A stretch of 64,000 nt of DNA. Source: an uncultured Abiotrophia sp. GTDB lineage: Bacteria; Bacillota; Bacilli; Lactobacillales; Aerococcaceae. Positions within the stretch are counted from its first letter, which is position 1. Each line of letters starts with the position of its first letter. A program made the translations under genes and the position numbers. Where the stretch lies: contig CBDFAX010000004.1 in NCBI GenBank assembly GCA_965245735.1, positions 20,867 to 84,866 on the forward strand, read 5' to 3'. The notes beneath the pieces were generated by a model that was given only the letters and a program-made list of their open reading frames with translations, was not told where the DNA came from and did no database searches. Shown here one piece after another: positions 1 to 7,141 of the stretch.

Positions 1-362
1 ATGCCAGCCCCCAGAATTTAGCTAATCCAGCTTTTGCCCAGTCGGTTTATGAACGAGAGCAAATGGGAGCCACTAGCGTCTACACGGGTGTGGCCTTGCC
101 TCACAGTGATCCTAAAACGGTGACTCACTCCGAAATAGTCCTAGTCTCGCTAGCCAAGCCAGTTAGCTGGGGTCAGAACCAAGTAAAACTTATCTTTCTA
201 ATTGCGGTAGCAGAAAGAGACATGAAGCTATTTAAGGAGAGTCTGGTTGCCCTCTACGCCCTAATTGAAGACCAAGAATTAATGAACCAACTCAGTCAAT
301 GCCAGGATGGAGCCAGCCTCAAGGCTCGTCTATTAGAGGAAGTGAATATCAATGTTAGATGA
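1..362 (+). CDS. C-terminal PTS EIIA (type 2)-like domain of a protein that starts upstream of the window, probably a PRD/BglG-MtlR-type PTS regulator; partial
   Basis: The frame is open from nt 3 to TGA 360-362. The motif GVALPHSDPKTV resembles the phosphorylatable His loop of EIIA-2 domains. It overlaps the next ORF by 11 nt. Confidence 0.6.
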   Translation, partial: ASPQNLANPAFAQSVYEREQMGATSVYTGVALPHSDPKTVTHSEIVLVSLAKPVSWGQNQVKLIFLIAVAERDMKLFKESLVALYALIEDQELMNQLSQCQDGASLKARLLEEVNINVR

Positions 363-819
363 GAATATCATGCAGTTCCAAGTCAGTGGCCTCAAGACGA
401 GAGAGGAGGTGTTAGCCTATCTAGGTCAAGTCATGGTGGATTGCGGTGTGGTTTATGAATCCTATCCGACAGCAGTCTTGGAACGAGAGAAGATTTTTCC
501 AACGGGCCTCCAGTTTCAGGACTATGGGATTGCCATCCCCCATACGGATGTGGAGCACGTGAAGAAGGCTCAGTTAGCCATTATGACGCTAGACCAACCG
601 GTAGAATTCTACCAGATGGGAACCTCAGATGTAGTCGTACCTGTCCAAGTAGTCTTCATGCTCGCCCTTAAAGAAGCCCACCAGCAACTCACTTTACTGC
701 AAGATTTGGTGGCCTTACTGCAGGATAGTCAAGCTATGGCAGCTATCTGTCAATTGCCTGATCAGCCTGAATCCCAGGGAGTTCTGCGTATGATGCTTGC
801 CCAACACGGAATTTTATAG
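352..819 (+). CDS. PTS EIIA component, galactitol/ascorbate (type 2) family
   Basis: 155 aa. Motifs EREKIFPTGL and GIAIPHTDVEHV are typical of PTS_EIIA_2. Confidence 0.75.
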   Translation: MLDENIMQFQVSGLKTREEVLAYLGQVMVDCGVVYESYPTAVLEREKIFPTGLQFQDYGIAIPHTDVEHVKKAQLAIMTLDQPVEFYQMGTSDVVVPVQVVFMLALKEAHQQLTLLQDLVALLQDSQAMAAICQLPDQPESQGVLRMMLAQHGIL

Positions 820-850
820 TCGTTTTTTCCCATTCAAAGGAGGAAGTAAG

Positions 851-2173
851 ATGTTAGACTTGTTTAAAAGCTTCGTTGATTTAGGCGCTATTGTCGTCTT
901 ACCTATTTTGATTTTTATCTTTGGGGTTGCTTTGGGGACCAAGCCTAAGAAGGCCCTAGTCTCTGGCATTATGGTCGGGATTGGTTTTGTAGGCTTGAAC
1001 ATGGTTGTTGACCTTTTGGGCGGGAGCTTGGGCCCTGCCGCGCAAGCTATGGTGGAACGTTTTGGCTTGAACTTGACTACGATTGATGTGGGCTGGCCAG
1101 CCGCCGCAGCTATTTCTTATGGGACCCTCTTAGGGAGTTTATCCATTCCAATTGGGATTGGGATTAACTTGCTCTTGCTCTTCTTAGGCTTAACCAAGAC
1201 TCTCATGGTGGATATGTGGAACTTCTGGCACGCAGCCTTCGTAGCTTCTTTGGTTTATGCTGTGACCCAAGACTTCTCACTCGGTCTCTATGCGACTGTG
1301 ACTTATCTGGTCATGATTTATCTCTTGGGCGACATTATTGCACCAGCTATTAAGAAATTTTATGGTTTTCCTAATATTACCTTCCCTCACGGGACCTCAG
1401 CGCCAGGCTTCTTAGTAGCCATCCCCCTCAACTGGCTTTTTGACCGGATTCCTGGTTTTAACAAGATTGAAGCCGATCCTGAAACTATCCAAAAACGCTT
1501 TGGGATTTTTGGAGAATCAACCGTATTAGGTTTAATTATCGGGATTATCATGGGGCTCTTGGCCGGCTATGAAGTAAAAGAAGTCCTGCAATTAGGGGTC
1601 AAGATGTCGGCCGTTATGGTCCTCATGCCTCGTATGGTTTCCTTGCTCATGGAAGGCTTGACGCCTATCTCTGAAGCAGCTAATGACTTTGTGCAACGCC
1701 GCTTCCCAGGCCGAGAAGTCAACATCGGGATGGACTCTGCTTTATCCGTAGGCCATCCAGCTGTCTTATCTTCTTCTCTCTTGCTAGTGCCCATCACCAT
1801 TCTCTTAGCAGTTATCTTGCCAGGTAACCAAACTTTACCATTTGGGGACTTAGCAACTATTCCATTCGTTGTCTGCTTGATGGCAGCCGTCTTCCGGGGC
1901 AATATTGTCCGGACGGTTGTAGGTGGGACCATTTATATGGCTAGCATTCTCTATGTGACTTCATGGGCTGCCCCATTAGTTACCAAAGCTGCTCAATCAG
2001 CTAACTTCGACTTAGGTGGCAACACCAGTGTAACGGCTATGGCAGAAGGTGGACTCTGGCCAACCTGGCTCTTCATTTTCGCGGGCAATCATATGCCGTG
2101 GGTTATCTTAAGCCTAGTGCTTCTTGCTTCGCTAGCAGGTCTCTACTATGTCAATAAGGTACGCAAATCCTAG
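851..2173 (+). CDS. PTS galactitol-family EIIC permease
   Basis: Polytopic membrane protein. The N-terminus MLDLFKSFVDLGAIVVLPILIF resembles GatC-family IIC. SD AAAGGAGG is at 837-844. The track start at 797 is an unsupported extension. Confidence 0.85.
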   Translation: MLDLFKSFVDLGAIVVLPILIFIFGVALGTKPKKALVSGIMVGIGFVGLNMVVDLLGGSLGPAAQAMVERFGLNLTTIDVGWPAAAAISYGTLLGSLSIPIGIGINLLLLFLGLTKTLMVDMWNFWHAAFVASLVYAVTQDFSLGLYATVTYLVMIYLLGDIIAPAIKKFYGFPNITFPHGTSAPGFLVAIPLNWLFDRIPGFNKIEADPETIQKRFGIFGESTVLGLIIGIIMGLLAGYEVKEVLQLGVKMSAVMVLMPRMVSLLMEGLTPISEAANDFVQRRFPGREVNIGMDSALSVGHPAVLSSSLLLVPITILLAVILPGNQTLPFGDLATIPFVVCLMAAVFRGNIVRTVVGGTIYMASILYVTSWAAPLVTKAAQSANFDLGGNTSVTAMAEGGLWPTWLFIFAGNHMPWVILSLVLLASLAGLYYVNKVRKS

Positions 2174-2188
2174 GAAGGAGTAATCACA

Positions 2189-2473
2189 ATGAAAAAACTC
2201 TTAATTATGTGTGGCTCAGGTATTGCCACTTCTACGGTTGTTGCAGGTAAGGTCAAAGATTGGCTGAAGGCAAATGGCTATAGCGATTCTGTCCAAGTCT
2301 TCCAATCCAAGGTGGCTGAAGAGGTTAACCGAATTGATGACTATGATGTGGTGATTTCGACGACAGTGGTGCCAGATTCTATTAAGGATAAGGTGATTAT
2401 GGGCCTGCCACTCTTAACCGGCATGGGCTTGGATGCCCTTTGGTCAGACCTCAAGTCTCAGTTGGAGGCTTAA
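2189..2473 (+). CDS. PTS EIIB component, galactitol family
   Basis: 94 aa. MKKLLIMCGSGIATST contains the active-site Cys loop. SD GGAAGGAG lies upstream. Confidence 0.8.
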   Translation: MKKLLIMCGSGIATSTVVAGKVKDWLKANGYSDSVQVFQSKVAEEVNRIDDYDVVISTTVVPDSIKDKVIMGLPLLTGMGLDALWSDLKSQLEA

Positions 2474-2510
2474 TCAGAAAAATCCTTATGGACCTTAAGG
2501 AGGGAACTTT

Positions 2511-3203
2511 ATGACGGTTGATTTCAAAGGCAAGTTCTTTATCTTTAATCCTAAATCCTATCTCTACGGGGAGCAGTTACTGGAAATGGCGCGGGTGGCA
2601 GATCAGTTGGCCTTAGATTACCCAGACGTTGCGGTGGTTTTGACCTGTCCCTATGCAGACCTCTATCGCGTAGCCTCCCAGACTCAAAATGTGATTGTTT
2701 GTGCCCAGCATCTGGATGGCATTGAGCCAGGCAGAGGTATGGGAGCGGTCTTACCAGACTCGCTCTATGCAGCAGGCGCACGGGCTAGCTTCCTCAATCA
2801 TGCGGAACATCCATTGACCTCGGCTCAATTAGTGGCCTCGGTTAAGCGAGCCCAGGACTTGGGAATGGCGACCATTGTTTGTGCGGACTCTTTAGCCGAA
2901 GCACGAGCCTTGAGTCTTTTAGAACCGACGATTATGCTTTGCGAGCCAACCGAGCTGATTGGCACCGGCCAAACCAGTGATGACGATTATATGGCGAAGA
3001 CGAATCAAGCAGTGAAGGCTCTCAGTCCCCATACTTTGATTATGCAAGGTGCGGGTATTATGACGCCTGAGGATGTCTATCGGGCGATTCGCTCAGGTGC
3101 TGATGGGACGGGATGTACCAGTGGCATTGTCAAAGCCCCTAATCCAGCCCAAATGTTTAAAGACATGGTGGCTGCAGTGGACCGAGCCATGAAGGAGGGC
3201 TAG
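2511..3203 (+). CDS. Triose-phosphate-isomerase-family protein (short, archaeal-like TIM paralogue)
   Basis: 230 aa. TIM catalytic contexts are present: NPKSY (Lys), AQHLDG (His), CEPTELIGTG (Glu). A GAGI phosphate-loop-like motif is also present. Confidence 0.6.
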   Translation: MTVDFKGKFFIFNPKSYLYGEQLLEMARVADQLALDYPDVAVVLTCPYADLYRVASQTQNVIVCAQHLDGIEPGRGMGAVLPDSLYAAGARASFLNHAEHPLTSAQLVASVKRAQDLGMATIVCADSLAEARALSLLEPTIMLCEPTELIGTGQTSDDDYMAKTNQAVKALSPHTLIMQGAGIMTPEDVYRAIRSGADGTGCTSGIVKAPNPAQMFKDMVAAVDRAMKEG

Positions 3204-3206
3204 CTG

Positions 3207-3728
3207 ATGGCAGTTTATAATCAGGAATTTAAGGTGGCTAGTCAAGCCGGACAAGTCTCCTATGTAGATATTACGGAGACGGTTAAGGATGCTGTAGCGA
3301 CAAGTGGCATTCAATCTGGTATTGTCACCATTGTTACGGCCCACACGACCTGCGCCATTCTCTATGAGGAATACACACATGATGTGGACGAGCATGGCAA
3401 TGAGTGGTTACATCTGGACCTTAATGATGCGCTAGAGAAGATTCTGCCATCTCATACTAGCGCTCAAACTTATCGCTATCCAGGGCCACTACATTATGCA
3501 GAAGTGGAATCCTGGCCGGATGTTGATGACTGGTTGCCGGGTGGTGATCGCAGCCTACTATGGAATGGCGATGCCCATCTCAAAGCAACCATCATTGGCG
3601 CCAGCGAGACCTTTGCAGTCGTGGATGGTCAAGTAGCGATTGGTCGCACAGGCTATTTCTATCTAGCGGACTTTGACCAAACCCGAGAACGAGTGCGTAA
3701 GTATCGTGTTGTTGTAATTGGAGAATAG
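3207..3728 (+). CDS. YjbQ/UPF0047 family protein (secondary thiamine-phosphate synthase-like)
   Basis: 173 aa. Motifs TIVTAHTTCAI, NGDAHLKA and IGRTGYFYLADFD match the family pattern. It is longer than the usual ~140 aa. Confidence 0.65.
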   Translation: MAVYNQEFKVASQAGQVSYVDITETVKDAVATSGIQSGIVTIVTAHTTCAILYEEYTHDVDEHGNEWLHLDLNDALEKILPSHTSAQTYRYPGPLHYAEVESWPDVDDWLPGGDRSLLWNGDAHLKATIIGASETFAVVDGQVAIGRTGYFYLADFDQTRERVRKYRVVVIGE

Positions 3729-3741
3729 GATACTACCGCAT

Positions 3742-3782
3742 AAAAAAGAGACTGGATTTGTTAACATCCAGTCTCTTTTTTG
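3742..3782. terminator. Bidirectional intrinsic terminator shared by convergent genes
   Basis: AAAAAAGAGACTGGAT / ATCCAGTCTCTTTTTT inverted repeat with A and T runs on both sides. Confidence 0.85.
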
Positions 3783-3786
3783 GTTT

Positions 3787-4413
3787 TTAAATCCAGTTTT
3801 GTTGAGCTACCCACTCTTGATTGACCACAAAAAACTGTTCTTGCTTGAATTCAGGGGCACGATCAGCTACTTGCTGGTAGAGTGCCTCATCAAAGTCTAG
3901 TCTCAACAAGCCAGAAGGAGTGTAGAGGTAGAACAATTTGTCTCCTTCAGGGTTAAGTCCGAAGTAGAGGTCAACTAGGTCACTAGGGAGGCTGTCGGCT
4001 TGTTTTAAGGCCTGCTTAACTGCCTCCATGATACGATCATCATAGCCGGCAGTGAAGATGGCTACTTTCTCCATGAAGTCCAAGGGATTGGTCACTAGAC
4101 GGACTTGATAGTCGGCATAGTTAGGACCGTAAGAGGCGACAGTCTCGGGCAATTGCTTGAGGAGCTGAGCGGCTTCCGCTTCATCTGGCTGATAGTGAAT
4201 TCTGACCTTGCGAACGCGGTCTTCGTAGAGGGTAGGGTAGAGGATGCGTTCCTGCTTTTGACACTTCTGGCAACTAAAGGTCGCCCAATCGCCAGAGATA
4301 ATGCGATCACGCAGAGGTGGCTCCATATCGCCAGTCACAAGCAAGAGCACTTCGAAGTCTTGGACATGCTGGCAATGAGGGCAGGGCATTTGGACGGTAT
4401 TACGAACAATCAT
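3787..4413 (-). CDS. CpXC domain-containing protein
   Basis: 208 aa. It has paired CxxC motifs, CPHCQH and CQKCQK, near the N-terminus. SD GAAGGAG lies before the ATG. Confidence 0.55.
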   Translation of the reverse strand: MIVRNTVQMPCPHCQHVQDFEVLLLVTGDMEPPLRDRIISGDWATFSCQKCQKQERILYPTLYEDRVRKVRIHYQPDEAEAAQLLKQLPETVASYGPNYADYQVRLVTNPLDFMEKVAIFTAGYDDRIMEAVKQALKQADSLPSDLVDLYFGLNPEGDKLFYLYTPSGLLRLDFDEALYQQVADRAPEFKQEQFFVVNQEWVAQQNWI

Positions 4414-4533
4414 GAGGACAACTCCTTCGAATTTAATATGACAAGATTAATTTACACCTACTAGTTTACACCGGAATGATGGGGCTTACAAGTATTGGTT
4501 TTATTGGAATAGTAGGGAAATCTAGTAAGTTTG

Positions 4534-4562
4534 TTGTAAACGCTGTCTTTTAGGGCTATAAT
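4534..4562 (+). promoter_or_regulatory. Sigma-A-type promoter of the fucosidase gene with an overlapping cre (CcpA) box
   Basis: -35 TTGTAA (4534-4539), a 17-nt spacer, then -10 TATAAT (4557-4562). TTGTAAACGCTGTCT (4534-4548) fits WTGNAANCGNWNNCW at every position. Confidence 0.55.
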
Positions 4563-4637
4563 AGATGTGCAATAATGACTATTTTTAGGAGGACACAAAA
4601 TGAAGTTATCATCTATCAACCTTGGAGGTGGGCGTTC

Positions 4638-5948
4638 ATGACCCAGACTCTGGCTCAAATTATGGAACGGACTCAATGGTTCCGTCAGGCGCGTTTTGGC
4701 ATGTTCCTACACTGGGGGCTTTACAGCATTCCCGCTCGAGGTGAGTGGGTCTACAGCCATGATCCAGGAATCGTGGAAAGATACCCTAGCTATCTAGACT
4801 GCTTCAATCCCGAGGGCTACCAACCTCAGGAATGGGTGCGACAGGCCAAGGCTGCAGGCATGCAGTATATGATTCTGACGGCTAAGCACCACGATGGTTT
4901 CTGCCTCTTTGATAGTCAGTGGACGGATTACAAGGCGACTAATACCCCTTGTGGTCGGGACTTAGTCCGGGAATTTGTCGACGCTGCGCGTGCTGAAGGC
5001 CTCAAGGTCGGACTCTATTACAGTCTCTTAGACTGGCACCACCCTGACTACCCACATGCCGGCGACCCTTATCATCCCCGCAAGCATGAGGCAGCTGACC
5101 CTGGCCAAGATTTCAATCGTTATGTTGAATATATGCACCGTCAGGTCGAAGAATTAGTGACCCAGTATGGCCGATTGGATATCCTCTGGTTTGACTTCTC
5201 CTATGGTCAAATGTGTGGACAGGCTTGGCGGGCCCAAGAATTGATTGAGCTTGTGCGGGGACATCAACCTTGGATTTTGATTGATAATCGTCTGGAGACA
5301 TCTGGCGAGGGCTTTGGCAGTATTGTAACGGAGACCATTAGCGACTATGCTGGGGACTTTGTCAGTCCTGAGCAAGTGGTGCCACATGAGGGCATCCGTA
5401 ACGAAGCCGGAAACTTTGTGCCTTGGGAACTCTGCTTGACTATGAATAATAACTGGGCCTATCATGCCAGAGACCATCACTATAAATCATCGACGACACT
5501 GATTCATAAGTTAGTGGAGTGCGTAGCTAAGGAGGGCAACATGCTCCTCAATATCGGGCCAACCGCTCAAGGGCGGTTCCCAGCCGAAAGTCAGGCCATT
5601 CTGCGAGATTTCTCTGACTGGATGTATTTACACTCGGAAAGTATCTATGGTTGTGGCTATGCAGACCTGCCAAAACCTGACTGGGGCTATTATACGCGCA
5701 AAGGGCAGACCATCTATGCCCATCTCTTCGAGCAACCGATTGGGCCCCTTTATTTGCCGGGGATTGACCGCGATCAAATCAAACGGATTTCTTGGTTGAA
5801 TGATGGCTCAGAGCTCCAGGTTTCGGACAGTTGGAATATCAAGGCCTTTCCTGGCTTGACCTTCGTCCAAATGGGGGAAGTGGAGCATTATACTTATCTC
5901 CTACCTAACCAGATTGATGCTGTACTTAAGATTGAATTGAAGGATTAA
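4638..5948 (+). CDS. Alpha-L-fucosidase, GH29, no signal peptide
   Basis: Motifs RFGMFLHWGLYSIPARGEW and AKHHDGFCLFDS. SD GGAGGTG is at 4624-4630. The track start at 4575 is an extension. Confidence 0.85.
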   Translation: MTQTLAQIMERTQWFRQARFGMFLHWGLYSIPARGEWVYSHDPGIVERYPSYLDCFNPEGYQPQEWVRQAKAAGMQYMILTAKHHDGFCLFDSQWTDYKATNTPCGRDLVREFVDAARAEGLKVGLYYSLLDWHHPDYPHAGDPYHPRKHEAADPGQDFNRYVEYMHRQVEELVTQYGRLDILWFDFSYGQMCGQAWRAQELIELVRGHQPWILIDNRLETSGEGFGSIVTETISDYAGDFVSPEQVVPHEGIRNEAGNFVPWELCLTMNNNWAYHARDHHYKSSTTLIHKLVECVAKEGNMLLNIGPTAQGRFPAESQAILRDFSDWMYLHSESIYGCGYADLPKPDWGYYTRKGQTIYAHLFEQPIGPLYLPGIDRDQIKRISWLNDGSELQVSDSWNIKAFPGLTFVQMGEVEHYTYLLPNQIDAVLKIELKD

Positions 5949-5957
5949 AAAGGACAT

Positions 5958-5987
5958 AGAGGCTAGGTCAAACTGGCCTCTTTTTTA
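5958..5987 (+). terminator. Intrinsic terminator
   Basis: AGAGGC...GCCTCT stem followed by TTTTT. Confidence 0.6.
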
Positions 5988-6131
5988 TACGCATATCACT
6001 AGCACTGAAGGGTCCTTTTGCGTATACTAGACAGTGGAGATGAGACTAGGGGAAATTTCCAGAGGGTCTTAGATAGCGTGTGATTTGAAGATAGGGAAGT
6101 AGGCGAGTTTGTGATAGTAAAAGCGCAGGAA

Positions 6132-6941
6132 ATGAGCCAGAATGCCAATGACTTAAGATTTTCAATCTTGGCGTCCGGTAGTAGCGGCAATGTCACCTAT
6201 GTGGAGTCAGACCGCCAACGACTCTTGGTCGATGCGGGTCTGAGTGGCAAGAAAATAGAATCTTTGATGGCCCAGATTGACCGCAGTGTGGCCGATTTGG
6301 ATGCCATTTTGGTGACGCATGAACATAAGGACCATATTCATGGGGTAGGCGTTCTATCCCGCAAATATAATTTGCCAGTTTATGCTAATAAGGCAACCTG
6401 GCAAGCCATGGATGGGATGCTGGGGGCCATTGACCCTGACAACCGTCGCGAGTTAGAACCAGATCAGTTGGTGACCTTCGGGGACTTGGATGTCTTAACC
6501 TATCAAGTCAGCCATGATGCGGCCATGCCTCAATTCTATGCCTTCCAACAGGGAGACAAGCAGTTCGTCATGTTGACGGACTCAGGCTATGTCAGCGAAA
6601 GACTTCGTAGCCTCTTGCAGAATGCCAACGCCTATCTGATTGAATCTAACCACGAGATTGAGATGTTACGCTATGGCGCCTATCCTTGGTCGCTTAAGCA
6701 ACGGATTTTGGGCGACAAGGGCCATTTGTCTAATGAAGATGGCGCCCTAGCCATGGTCGATATGTTAGGGACCAGCACCCAAGATATTTATTTGGGCCAC
6801 TTGAGTAAGGAAAATAACACCAAGGAATTAGCCCTCTCTACCTGTACGGGTATTCTAGAACAACATGATATTGAAGTCGGTCGTCGACTCAAGGTTCATA
6901 TGACCGATCCAGAACTAGCGACGCCACTTAAGTACCTTTAA
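6132..6941 (+). CDS. MBL-fold metallo-hydrolase, YycJ/WalJ-like
   Basis: Motifs LRFSILASGSSGN and VTHEHKDHIHG (HxHxDH). The start is uncertain: ATG 6132 or GTG 6111. Confidence 0.75.
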   Translation: MSQNANDLRFSILASGSSGNVTYVESDRQRLLVDAGLSGKKIESLMAQIDRSVADLDAILVTHEHKDHIHGVGVLSRKYNLPVYANKATWQAMDGMLGAIDPDNRRELEPDQLVTFGDLDVLTYQVSHDAAMPQFYAFQQGDKQFVMLTDSGYVSERLRSLLQNANAYLIESNHEIEMLRYGAYPWSLKQRILGDKGHLSNEDGALAMVDMLGTSTQDIYLGHLSKENNTKELALSTCTGILEQHDIEVGRRLKVHMTDPELATPLKYL

Positions 6942-6953
6942 TCACCTGAATTC

Positions 6954-6979
6954 AAACCCGCCTTTTGGCGGGTTTTTTA
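6954..6979 (+). terminator. Intrinsic terminator
   Basis: AAACCCGCC-TTTT-GGCGGGTTTTTT. Confidence 0.85.
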
Positions 6980-7082
6980 TCTTATGTAGAGGTAGATAAG
7001 AACAAGTCTTTGCTAGTCAAGAGGGGAGACCGCAACAGCCATAATTTCTGATAATTTATCTATAGTTTTGAGATAGTTATTG

Positions 7083-7102
7083 TGTAAGCGCAGTCATATA
7101 AT
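7083..7102 (+). promoter_or_regulatory. cre-like box abutting the -10 of the GH85 gene promoter
   Basis: TGTAAGCGCAGTCA (7083-7096) is close to the cre core TGTAAGCGCTTACA. It is followed directly by TATAAT (7097-7102). Confidence 0.5.
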
Positions 7103-7141
7103 GGGGGTAAAGCAAGACCAAATATGAAAGGAGTTAGAAGT

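Noticed and set aside
797-850. N-terminal extensions given by the ORF track: 797 (IIC), 4575 (fucosidase), 24127 (gatA), 29942 (dacA), 35341 (groES), 43402 (degV), 44279 (PssA-like), 47024 (metK), 48867 (methyltransferase) and 51191 (leuS).
   Set aside because: In each case a downstream start has a properly spaced SD and matches the family's conserved N-terminus. The extension overlaps the upstream gene, a terminator, CIRCE or a riboswitch.
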